From Clostridiales bacterium (GTDB lineage: Bacteria > Bacillota > Clostridia > Oscillospirales > Oscillospiraceae), in contig SFHI01000001.1 in NCBI GenBank assembly GCA_004555705.1, positions 131 through 64,130 on the forward strand: a DNA stretch of 64,000 nucleotides, written 5' to 3'. Positions 8,138 through 16,362 of this stretch are shown here, in pieces. A model generated the notes under the pieces. The model searched no databases. It had not been told where the DNA came from and saw only the letters and a program-made list of their open reading frames with translations. The position numbers and the translations under genes were made by a program. Each line of letters starts with the position of its first letter. Positions within the stretch are counted from its first letter, which is position 1.

Positions 8138-9551
8138 GAATCTGCGAACTTACCTGGAGCAGCTGAAAAACGCCTGCCCCGAAGAGCTGCTGGAGGTGCC
8201 CAAGCCGGTGGACTGCCGGCTGGAGGCCACCACGCTGCTGCGGAAGCTGGAGCTGGAGGGAAAGAACCCCATGGTGGTATTCCGCAGCCCCAAGGCCCTC
8301 AGCGGAGAGCCCAGCCGGTACCCGCTGGTGTTCAACGCCTTCTCCACCCGCCGGAAGTTCTGCGCGGCCCTGGAGATGGACTTAAACGACTACAAGATGC
8401 CCCTGTCCATGGAAATGCACAGCCGCTTCAAGAAGCGGATTCCCCCGGTGGCCATCGACCCCAAGGACGCTCCCGTCAAGGAGGAGATCCGCACCGGCGA
8501 GGCAGCCAGCTTCTACGACCTGCCCATTCCCATCCACCACACCTTTGACGGCGGCCCCTATCTGCTGGGCGGCACCGTGGTCACCCGGGACCCGGATTCC
8601 GGCAACTGCAACCTGGCAATGATCCGCATTCAGATCAAGGATGCCCACACCGCCGTCATTCACGCGGAGCCCCACCACCATACCGGCATGAACATCCGCA
8701 AGTACGGCGAGCGGGGACAGAAAGCGCCCATCGCGGTGGTCATCGGCCACCATCCCGGATTCTTCCTGGGCAGCGAATGGGAGGGCGTCTACGGCACCGA
8801 GGAATATGAGATCGCTGGCGCCGCCCTGGGGGAGGCCGTCCGCCTGGTGCCCAGCGAAACCTGGGGCGAAACGCTGATGGTGCCCGCTGACGCGGAGATG
8901 ATCCTCGAATGCGAAGTGGACTGGAGCGACCGCCGGGAGGAAGGCCCCATCGGGGAGCATACCCGCCACTACAAGAACCGTAAGGGCGGCCAGGTGATTC
9001 AGCAGCTGGACCCCCATGTGGAGCTGCTGGCCATGACCAGCCGGAAGGACGCCTACTTCCAGAGCCTGTTCATCGGTCACGCGGAGCACTGGCTCATCGG
9101 CTCCATCCCCAAGGAGGCCGTCATCTTCGAGAAGGTGCGCGCCACCTGCCCGGGGGTTCAGGCGGTCCACATGACCCCCGGCGGCTGCGGCCGGTACATC
9201 TGCTACATCTCCCTGAAGCAGCGGGTGGGCGGCGAAGCCAGGGACGCCATTCTGGCAGCCTTCGTCAGCGACTGGCACCTGAAGTACGCCGTCGCCGTGG
9301 ACGACGATGTGGATGTATTCAGTGACAGCGAGGTGCTGTGGGCCATCGCCACCCGTACCCAGCCCGCCACCTCCACCTTTGTGATTCCCGGCGTCATGGG
9401 AGCCACCGTGGACCCCACGGTGGATTCCAGAACCAAGATTTCTTCGGTCATGGGCATTGACGCCACCAAGCCCTTCGGCACCCCCTTCTCCGATGTGTGC
9501 GAGGTGCCCCTGGATATGCTGGAATCCATGAGACTGGAGGATTATCTGTAA
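8130..9551 (+). CDS. UbiD-family prFMN-dependent (de)carboxylase
   Basis: ATG 8130 overlapping upstream ORF end; DGGPY, NLAMIR, AVVIGHHP, VPADAEMILE, EGPIGE, VDDDVDV..VLWAIATR, GIDAT. Confidence 0.92.
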   Translation: MPKNLRTYLEQLKNACPEELLEVPKPVDCRLEATTLLRKLELEGKNPMVVFRSPKALSGEPSRYPLVFNAFSTRRKFCAALEMDLNDYKMPLSMEMHSRFKKRIPPVAIDPKDAPVKEEIRTGEAASFYDLPIPIHHTFDGGPYLLGGTVVTRDPDSGNCNLAMIRIQIKDAHTAVIHAEPHHHTGMNIRKYGERGQKAPIAVVIGHHPGFFLGSEWEGVYGTEEYEIAGAALGEAVRLVPSETWGETLMVPADAEMILECEVDWSDRREEGPIGEHTRHYKNRKGGQVIQQLDPHVELLAMTSRKDAYFQSLFIGHAEHWLIGSIPKEAVIFEKVRATCPGVQAVHMTPGGCGRYICYISLKQRVGGEARDAILAAFVSDWHLKYAVAVDDDVDVFSDSEVLWAIATRTQPATSTFVIPGVMGATVDPTVDSRTKISSVMGIDATKPFGTPFSDVCEVPLDMLESMRLEDYL

Positions 9552-9637
9552 GCAAGCCGGATGCGTCCATCCGACTCTTAACCGGCGCCGTCGAAAGCCC
9601 GCTTTTGAGACGCCCCACAAAAAAAGGAGGAACAATC

Positions 9638-10684
9638 ATGAAAAAAACTCTGGCGCTGATCCTGACCCTTTGCCTGTGCATCGGTATGCTGTCCGCCTGC
9701 TCCGCGGCCTCTGACACCGGCACGACCACCGCACCTGCCACCACCGCTGCGCCCGCCGGCACGGAGGCCCCTGCCGATACCACCCCCGCTGAGGAGCCTG
9801 TAAACTATCCCACCGCTCCCATCACCATCATTGTCTGCCGCGCCGCAGGCGGTTCCGCCGACGTGGTAGCCCGTACCTTCGCCCCCTATCTGGCGGAGCA
9901 GCTGGGTGTGAATGTGGTTGTGGAGAACGTGGACGGCGGCTCCGGCAGCATCGGCCTGACCCAGGCCTGGCGTGCTGAGCCCGACGGCTACACCCTAGTG
10001 CTGGGCAACTATCCCTCCTACGTTCTCAACGAGGTTGTGGATGGCAACAAGGAGTACAAGATGAACGGCTTCCAGTCCGTCGTTGGCATCTCCGGCAACG
10101 AAGGCAACGTGCTCATCGTTCCCGCGGACAGCCAGTTCAACACCGTTCAGGAGCTGGTCGACTACGCCAACGCCAATCCCGGTGACCTGAACATGGCCGT
10201 CACCTCCGGAGTCAGCAACTCCGCCCTGGCCCAGGCCATGTTCCTCAGCGAGACCGGTGTGGAAGTCACCTCCATCCCCTACGACAGCGGCAACAAGTGC
10301 GCCACCGCCGTTATCGGCAAGGAAGTTGACGTTGCTGTCTGCTCCGGCGCTGCCATCTACTCCGCCTTTGCCGACGGCAATGTCCGGGTTCTGGCCACCT
10401 TCGGTCCCGAGGCTGACGTGAACCTGCCCGGTGTTCCCACCTTCGCCTCCATCTACGGCGAGGAGTTCGCCTACGACGTGGTCATGGGCCTGATGGCGCC
10501 TCCCTCCACCCCCGAGGCTGTGCTGCAGATTCTGCGGGACGCGGCCTACGCCGCCGTCACCAGTGACGCCTTCCTCAACGGTGAGAATGGCTTCAACGTC
10601 TGCCCCCGTACCGCCGCTGAGCTGGACGAGGTCATCGCGGGCGCGTACACCCTTGGCGAATCCGTGAAGGATCTGCTTGGATAA
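9638..10684 (+). CDS. tctC: Tripartite tricarboxylate transporter substrate-binding lipoprotein (TctC-like)
   Basis: MKK signal with LSAC lipobox, T/A/P linker, YP..PITIIV..AAGGSADVVAR, VVENVDGGSG, PDGYTL, PGVPT. Confidence 0.9.
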   Translation: MKKTLALILTLCLCIGMLSACSAASDTGTTTAPATTAAPAGTEAPADTTPAEEPVNYPTAPITIIVCRAAGGSADVVARTFAPYLAEQLGVNVVVENVDGGSGSIGLTQAWRAEPDGYTLVLGNYPSYVLNEVVDGNKEYKMNGFQSVVGISGNEGNVLIVPADSQFNTVQELVDYANANPGDLNMAVTSGVSNSALAQAMFLSETGVEVTSIPYDSGNKCATAVIGKEVDVAVCSGAAIYSAFADGNVRVLATFGPEADVNLPGVPTFASIYGEEFAYDVVMGLMAPPSTPEAVLQILRDAAYAAVTSDAFLNGENGFNVCPRTAAELDEVIAGAYTLGESVKDLLG

Positions 10685-10691
10685 AACGCAA

Positions 10692-10724
10692 GGCAGCCTG
10701 TGAACCGAATGTTTGCAGGCTGCC
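10692..10724 (+). terminator. Hairpin between tctC and tctB (partial terminator or mRNA stabiliser)
   Basis: GGCAGCCTGTGAAC-CGAAT-GTTTGCAGGCTGCC followed by ACTTTC. Confidence 0.55.
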
Positions 10725-10748
10725 ACTTTCTTCGAAAGGATAATCTGC

Positions 10749-11261
10749 ATGAAAAAGAAAAAATCATTGTGGGTCGAAACCATCATCATGGTGATTATCG
10801 CGGCACTCTGCGCCTATGTTTTCATCGCGTCCAACGCCTATAAGAGCGAATCCAAGCTGTTCCCGCAGGTGGTTTCCGCGCTGACCTTCGTGTGCAGCGC
10901 GGCGGGCATTCTTCTGCGGATCAAGGATATCGTAAAACAGCACGGAGCCGCCCCGGAGCAGTCCGCCGCGGAGGAAGCCCCCTCCGGAGAAAAGGCGGAA
11001 GACAAGAAAAGCATTCTGCAGAGGATTCCGAATCACTATCTGGCCATGATCGGCACCATCTTCTACGCGGCGGCGTTGAATCCCCTTGGCTTTATTCTCT
11101 CCACCGCCGCCGCTCTGCTGGTCCTGCCCAGAGCTTTCGGGTATAAGAACTGGAAGGTCATCATCCCCGTGGCGCTTGTGTTCTCCCTGGGGCTGTACTT
11201 CCTCTTCTCCAATGTGTTCTATATCAGGCTGCCTGCCGGCATCCTGAAAGGTATTCTGTAA
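10749..11261 (+). CDS. tctB: Tripartite tricarboxylate transporter small membrane subunit (TctB-like)
   Basis: About four hydrophobic segments, LFP, LGFILST and C-terminal F..RLPAG; lies between tctC and tctA. Confidence 0.85.
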   Translation: MKKKKSLWVETIIMVIIAALCAYVFIASNAYKSESKLFPQVVSALTFVCSAAGILLRIKDIVKQHGAAPEQSAAEEAPSGEKAEDKKSILQRIPNHYLAMIGTIFYAAALNPLGFILSTAAALLVLPRAFGYKNWKVIIPVALVFSLGLYFLFSNVFYIRLPAGILKGIL

Positions 11262-11276
11262 GGGAGGGGGATTTGA

Positions 11277-12758
11277 ATGTCTGCACTTTTATCCGCAATT
11301 GCCCCTGAGAACCTGCTCAACCTTCTGATTGGTTCCAGCCTGGGTATTCTGTTCGGCGCGGCTCCCGGTCTGGGCCCCGTCTTTGCCCTGGCCATTCTGC
11401 TGCCCATGACCTATTCCATGTCCGCGGCCAACGCCGTTATCTTCATGAGCGCCGTGTATGCCGGCTGCGTCTACGGCGGCTCGATCTCCTCCATTCTTTT
11501 GAACTCTCCCGGTACCCCCGGCAACGTCGCCACCTGCTTTGACGGCCATGCCATGGCAAAGAAAGGCCAGGCAGGCCGTGCCCTGGGCATTTCCACCATG
11601 TCGAGCTTCATCGGCGGCATTGTCGGCGTGCTGTCCGTGGCGTTTCTGGGCAATCTCCTGGCCCAGTTCTCCCTGAAGATCGGTTCTCCCGAAAACTGTA
11701 TGCTGGCCTTCGCAGGATTGTCCCTGGTTGCCGTTGCGGCCAAGGGGAACATGCTCAAGGGCGTCATCATGGGCGGCTTCGGCCTGATGCTGACCTTTGT
11801 GGGCATCAGCGTTGTCACCGGAGAAAGCCGGTTTACCTACGGCACAATCTACCTGACCGACGGCATACAGTTCGTTCCCGTGGTCATCGGTATGTTCGCC
11901 CTGGCCCAGGCCTTTGAGCTGGCGGACGAGTCCGGCTCCATGAGCGGCGAGGCCAAGAAGGTCTCCGGTGTCCTCAAAGGCATCAAAGAGGTATTCATGC
12001 ACCCCATCACCGTGATCCGCTCCGCCATCGTCGGAACCGTCATCGGCATCGTCCCCGGCCTGGGCATCAATGCCGCCGGTTTCATCTCCTATGTGGTGGA
12101 GAAGAACGGCGCCAAGGATGCGGATACCTTTGGCGAAGGCAACACCAAGGGCCTGATCGCCCCCGAAACCGCCAACAACGCGGTCACCAGCTCCGCCCTG
12201 ATCCCCGCCTTCGCGCTGGGCATCCCCGGAAGCTCCACCGCAGCCCTGTTTCTCTCCGCTCTGACCATTCACGGCGTGCGCACCGGCTATTCCTTCTTCA
12301 CGGAAAACGGGGACATGGTCAATGTCATCATCATCGGGATGCTGCTGGCCCAGCTTGCCTTCCTTGTGCTGGGGCTCATCGGGGCTAAATACTTTGCCAA
12401 GATTACCAAGGTCCCCAACACCCTTCTGGTCTCCGTCATCATCGTGCTGTCCGTCCTGGGCGCCTACGCTGCCCGACGGCAGATTATTGACGTATTCTTA
12501 ATGATCGGAGCCGGTCTCATCAGCTACTATCTGAAGAAGCACGGCTTCCCCCTGTCCTGTCTGGTGCTGGGCATGATCCTGGGCAACCTGGCGGAGGAGA
12601 ACTACTGCCGGACCATGCGCCTGTCCAAGGGCTCCGCCATGGTGTTCCTGACCCGGCCCATCTGCCTGGTGCTGGTACTGGTCATTGTCATCAGCTTTGC
12701 CATGCCTCTGATTAAGAAAGCCTTTGCCCAACTCCGGAAGAAAAAGGTGCAGAAATGA
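11277..12758 (+). CDS. tctA: Tripartite tricarboxylate transporter large subunit TctA
   Basis: PGLG..ALAILLP, YGGSISSILLNSPGTP, DGHAMAKKG, APETANNA, LGIPGS. Confidence 0.93.
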   Translation: MSALLSAIAPENLLNLLIGSSLGILFGAAPGLGPVFALAILLPMTYSMSAANAVIFMSAVYAGCVYGGSISSILLNSPGTPGNVATCFDGHAMAKKGQAGRALGISTMSSFIGGIVGVLSVAFLGNLLAQFSLKIGSPENCMLAFAGLSLVAVAAKGNMLKGVIMGGFGLMLTFVGISVVTGESRFTYGTIYLTDGIQFVPVVIGMFALAQAFELADESGSMSGEAKKVSGVLKGIKEVFMHPITVIRSAIVGTVIGIVPGLGINAAGFISYVVEKNGAKDADTFGEGNTKGLIAPETANNAVTSSALIPAFALGIPGSSTAALFLSALTIHGVRTGYSFFTENGDMVNVIIIGMLLAQLAFLVLGLIGAKYFAKITKVPNTLLVSVIIVLSVLGAYAARRQIIDVFLMIGAGLISYYLKKHGFPLSCLVLGMILGNLAEENYCRTMRLSKGSAMVFLTRPICLVLVLVIVISFAMPLIKKAFAQLRKKKVQK

Positions 12759-13324
12759 AACAGCGCCTGATTGTCGCCATTACGGGGGCCAGCGGCACGG
12801 CGCTGGCGGTGAACCTGATGCAGCACCTGCGGCAATGCGCGGAGCTGGAGCTGCACCTCATTATGACGGATTCCGCCCTGCGCACCTGCCGTGAGGAATA
12901 CCCCCAGGGGGAGCAGCTGCTGCGGAACCTGGCCGACCGGGTCTACGATCCGGGGGATATCGGCGCGGCAGTGGCCTCCGGCAGCTTCCGCACCCGGGGA
13001 ATGGTGGTGATCCCCTGCAGCATGAAAACGCTGGCAGGGATTCACAGCGGCTACAGTGACAACCTGGTGCTGCGGGCCGCGGATGTAATGCTCAAGGAGG
13101 GGAAGCCTCTGCTGCTTGTTCCCAGAGAGCTGCCCCTTTCCCCCGTCCATCTGCGGAATATGTATGAGCTGTCCATGATGGGCGTCCGGATGCTTCCGCC
13201 CATGATGACCTTTTATCAGAAACCGGAATCCATCACGGATATGATGGATCACCTTTCCGGGAAAATAATGGACCAATTGGGGCTTGAATGCCCTGCCTAC
13301 CGCCGCTGGATGGAGACGGAATAA
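12755..13324 (+). CDS. ubiX: UbiX flavin prenyltransferase
   Basis: ITGASG, ASGSF, PCSMKTLA, RAADVMLKE, PRE-x-P, PP..FY, RRW; ATGA overlap with tctA. Confidence 0.93.
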   Translation: MKQRLIVAITGASGTALAVNLMQHLRQCAELELHLIMTDSALRTCREEYPQGEQLLRNLADRVYDPGDIGAAVASGSFRTRGMVVIPCSMKTLAGIHSGYSDNLVLRAADVMLKEGKPLLLVPRELPLSPVHLRNMYELSMMGVRMLPPMMTFYQKPESITDMMDHLSGKIMDQLGLECPAYRRWMETE

Positions 13325-13331
13325 GGTTCAG

Positions 13332-13374
13332 AAAAACCCCAACGTAATTCGGGTTAGAATTCGTTGGGGTTTTT
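13332..13374 (+). terminator. Intrinsic terminator ending the catabolic operon
   Basis: AAAAACCCCAACG...CGTTGGGGTTTTT inverted repeat with inner AATTC/GAATT extension. Confidence 0.8.
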
Positions 13375-13407
13375 ACAAAAAATGGACGATTCTTCCGGCT
13401 TGTACGC

Positions 13408-13436
13408 TTGAAATTGGCATTTGCCGATGCTATTAT
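13408..13436 (+). promoter_or_regulatory. sigma-A promoter of gntR
   Basis: TTGAAA-17 bp-TATTAT with TG extended -10. Confidence 0.75.
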
Positions 13437-13472
13437 ATGGATATTAATTGTATTTCGTTGGGAGTGAATCGA

Positions 13473-14120
13473 TTGGGACGAAAGAATCAGGCGTATGAGT
13501 ATCTGAAACAAGCGATTATCAACAATGAGCTTCCCCAGGGTTCTGCCCTGCGCGAGGCGGAAATCTCTGAGCGTCTGAAGATGAGCCGCAGCCCCATCCG
13601 GGAGGCGCTGCGGGATTTGGAGGCGGAGGGTGTCGTGGTCAGCTACCCCGCGAGAGGGACCTTTGTGGCCACCATTACGCCCTATGACGTGGAGGAAATA
13701 TACGAGCTGCGCACGCTTTTTGAGGTGTATGCCCTGGAAAAGGCGATCCACCGCATTACGGATGAGGACCTGGACCGGGCGGAGGCGAACTTCCTGGCGG
13801 AGAACGAGCCCTTCAACTGGGAGCATTACCACGCGGCCGACCGGGATTTCCACCAACTGATTCTGGACCGCTGCTGCAACCGGCGGTTAAGCGGCTTTAT
13901 GGCCAATCTGAACACCCAGGTGGAGCGGATACGCATCTACAGCGACAAGAACACCGCCCGGTCCAAGGATGATCGTCTGGCGGAGCATCTTCAGATCATC
14001 TCCTGCATCCGCAGGCGGGACCTGGACGCCAGCATCATCGCCCTGAAGGAGCATCTGCGCAATGTCTCCAACGCCGCCATCGAGACCTGTAAGGTGCTTG
14101 CCATGGAGGACAGCAATTGA
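13473..14120 (+). CDS. GntR (FadR/FCD) family transcriptional regulator
   Basis: TTG 13473 after GGGAG and downstream of the promoter; wHTH SRSPIREAL..LEAEG and FCD motifs DRDFH, EH..I. Confidence 0.9.
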   Translation: MGRKNQAYEYLKQAIINNELPQGSALREAEISERLKMSRSPIREALRDLEAEGVVVSYPARGTFVATITPYDVEEIYELRTLFEVYALEKAIHRITDEDLDRAEANFLAENEPFNWEHYHAADRDFHQLILDRCCNRRLSGFMANLNTQVERIRIYSDKNTARSKDDRLAEHLQIISCIRRRDLDASIIALKEHLRNVSNAAIETCKVLAMEDSN

Positions 14121-14125
14121 TACAT

Positions 14126-14200
14126 AATCCCCATCCGATTGGGGCAATAACAGGGAATACGCCGGGTATTCTCCGTTTGCTCCTTCGGATGGGGATTTTT
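14126..14200 (+). terminator. Long imperfect hairpin between convergent gntR and MATE units
   Basis: AATCCCCATCCGA (14126-14138) pairs with TCGGATGGGGATT (14185-14197), inner GAATAC/GTATTC stem, T-run after. Confidence 0.65.
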
Positions 14201-14206
14201 CTGCCT

Positions 14207-14386
14207 TTAGCCCGGCAGGCCTTCGGTTTCGGAAGTGGTGGGCCCCGGCCAGGTGGTGATGCCGCCGAACTCCACTGCGTTGGTATATCCCAGCTTCACC
14301 GGCCTGTTTGCTGCGGCTTCCGCCCGAGTGATCCGGCGGCAGCCGGGGGCAGTTTGCTTTGCTCCGGCGCAGCCTGTGAGCAGCAG
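14207..14386 (-). pseudogene. Internally deleted rhodanese-like lipoprotein remnant
   Basis: - strand frame reads LLLTGCAGAKQTAPGCRRITRAEAAANRPVKLGYTNAVEFGGITTWPG: lipobox and rhodanese N- and C-terminal motifs, no catalytic core, no start codon. Confidence 0.6.
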
Positions 14387-14405
14387 ATCAGAATTACGCC
14401 CGTTT

Positions 14406-15827
14406 TTATTTTGTTTCCGTCTTTTCGGTTTCGCCGTATTTTTTTCGGAAACCGGCCAATGCGGCCATTCCCTGGGGTGTGACGGGACGAATCCATTTAC
14501 CGGAGTACAGATGCCGCTGCATTAGCAGGAAGCGGATGGGCTCGTCCAGATAGCAGCAGGCGAACACCATCAAAAACGGCAGCTTCCACACAAGGCCGGA
14601 CAGGCATACCGCGGGAAGCACCATGCAGTACATGAAGGTGATCTCCAGAATGGTTCCGAAGGAAGCATCTCCGGCGGAGCGGAAGGTGTCATTCTGTGTC
14701 CAGTTGCACATTCGGATGACACCCGCGGCGCAGTAAATCATCAGGAGACCGGAGCCCAGCCGCAGCGATTCGCCGGACAGACTCATGACCCCCAACAGAG
14801 GCTTGTGGACAGCAAGCAGAACCATGCACAGCACGGCGATGGTTCCTCCGCACAGCAGAACCAGACGCTTCGCCCGTTCATAGGCTTCCTCCAGTTCTCC
14901 GGCACCTACCTTCGCGCCAACCAGCACGGAAGCCGCGCTGGAAAAGCCGGAGAAGAAGCTGATGACCATACCCTCCAGCGTTCGGAATACCGCGATGGCT
15001 GCAATGGCCTGCTCGGACTGCCGCCCCAGCACGATGTTGATGACCATGTTGCCCACGCCGATGAGAACCTCGTTGCACAGGATGGGGAAGCATTTGACGA
15101 AATACACCTTCACCAATGCCCGGTTCCAGCGGAAGTGGCTGCGGAAGCGGAACAGGTACCGATAGTTCTGCCTCCGCGCCAGAACCATGGTGACTGCCAC
15201 GTTGATGGCAGCGGCGCAGGTGGTCGCCAGCGCGGCACCCTGAACACCCATGGCAGCTGCGCCCAGCTTGCCGTAGATGAATACCCAGTTCAGAAAAATG
15301 TTGCTGAGAACCGATACGATGGAGGCGTACAGCGGGATTCGTACCCGCTCCGTGGAGCGCAGTAGCGCGCTCATGGCTACGGAGAACACCTGCAGCGGGT
15401 AAGCAAAGCCCACAATGCGCAGGTACTGCACGCCGATGGTCTGGATACTCTGCTTGTCGGTATACAGCCCCATAACAAGCTCCGGCGCGAACACGGCAAA
15501 GCCGCAGGCCAGCAGCCCCACGCACATCATGCACACAAGGGTCAGTCCATAAGAACGCTCAATGCCGTCATCATCCTGCGCCCCCCAATACTGGGAGAAG
15601 AACAGCATTCCGCCGCCGACAAAGCCCCAGTAGCCGGCGAACATCAGCGACGAGAACTGAGCGCACAGTCCCACAGCACCCACGGTGTTTTCCCCCAATG
15701 GGGCGATCATCATGGTATCCACCATGCTGCCGGTGGTGGTGAGCATATTCTGCAGGGCAACAGGAAGCGCGATGACCATCAAACTCTTCAGAAAGCTCTT
15801 CCACGCGAATTGTGATCTGTTTCTCAT
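14406..15827 (-). CDS. MATE family efflux transporter
   Basis: IALPVALQN..VDTMMI, SQYWGA, NIFLNWVFIYG..GVQGAALAT, RSAGD; about 12 TM segments. Confidence 0.92.
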   Translation of the reverse strand: MRNRSQFAWKSFLKSLMVIALPVALQNMLTTTGSMVDTMMIAPLGENTVGAVGLCAQFSSLMFAGYWGFVGGGMLFFSQYWGAQDDDGIERSYGLTLVCMMCVGLLACGFAVFAPELVMGLYTDKQSIQTIGVQYLRIVGFAYPLQVFSVAMSALLRSTERVRIPLYASIVSVLSNIFLNWVFIYGKLGAAAMGVQGAALATTCAAAINVAVTMVLARRQNYRYLFRFRSHFRWNRALVKVYFVKCFPILCNEVLIGVGNMVINIVLGRQSEQAIAAIAVFRTLEGMVISFFSGFSSAASVLVGAKVGAGELEEAYERAKRLVLLCGGTIAVLCMVLLAVHKPLLGVMSLSGESLRLGSGLLMIYCAAGVIRMCNWTQNDTFRSAGDASFGTILEITFMYCMVLPAVCLSGLVWKLPFLMVFACCYLDEPIRFLLMQRHLYSGKWIRPVTPQGMAALAGFRKKYGETEKTETK

Positions 15828-15865
15828 CAGATTCTCCCCCGTAAGCCGCCAAATAATCCAACCAC

Positions 15866-15894
15866 AGTATACCGCATGGCCCCGGCGGAGTCAA
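15866..15894 (-). promoter_or_regulatory. sigma-A promoter of the MATE gene
   Basis: - strand TTGACT-17 bp-TATACT. Confidence 0.75.
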
Positions 15895-15991
15895 TCCTGA
15901 TCCGGCAGTGGGAACGATCCTTTATCGCACGGGGCTTGCAATCAGCACTCGTAAACACCCCACGATCAGTAAAAAATGTCGGAAAGGCCGT

Positions 15992-16027
15992 GGGATTGCC
16001 GCACCGGTGTACGCACTGGTTCGCAAT
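15992..16027. repeat. Solo REP-like repeat, family A
   Basis: GGGATTGCCGCACCGGTGTACGCACTGGTTCGCAAT, 31/36 identical to 26720-26755. Confidence 0.7.
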
Positions 16028-16064
16028 CAAGACGTGTAAACACGCCACGATAAACGAAAAAGGA

Positions 16065-16173
16065 TGTCATCCCGAGCGAGCGCAGCGAGTCGAGGGATCC
16101 TGGCACTGGGTTGACTGCAAATGGTAACGAAATGCGTAGATCCTTCGACTCGCTTCGCTCGCTCAGGATGTCA
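16065..16173. repeat. REPIN-like inverted repeat pair, family B
   Basis: TGTCATCCCGAGCGAGCGCAGCGAGTCGAGGGATC (16065-16099) vs reverse complement of 16139-16173, 31/35 match, 39-bp spacer. Confidence 0.8.
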
Positions 16174-16273
16174 CACGATTTCAGTTTTTCATGGCAATGA
16201 CACTGTTTGCCCAAAACCGTAAAAAGCAGTTCTTAGAGGCCGCCATTCTTTTACTGTAATATTATTTCAAGCC

Positions 16274-16307
16274 GAACCCCCGATTCCGTCACCGGAACCG
16301 GGGGTTC
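16274..16307 (-). terminator. Hairpin downstream of the uxuA operon
   Basis: GAACCCCCGATTCCG-TCAC-CGGAACCGGGGGTTC; weak U-tract. Confidence 0.55.
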
Positions 16308-16362
16308 ATCTCTTCTGCCATATTCAGCGCCTGCGCCGCCAGGGGAAGGGCGCTGTCAGCCC

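Noticed and set aside
8130..13324. ubiD/ubiX as ubiquinone biosynthesis
   Set aside because: No other ubi genes; clustered with a transporter and catabolic enzymes in an apparent anaerobe
15876..16214. Small ORFs across the REP-like repeats (also 26581-26942)
   Set aside because: Translations of palindromic repeats (e.g. CHPERAQRVEGS, SLRASAHTGVAI), not credible proteins
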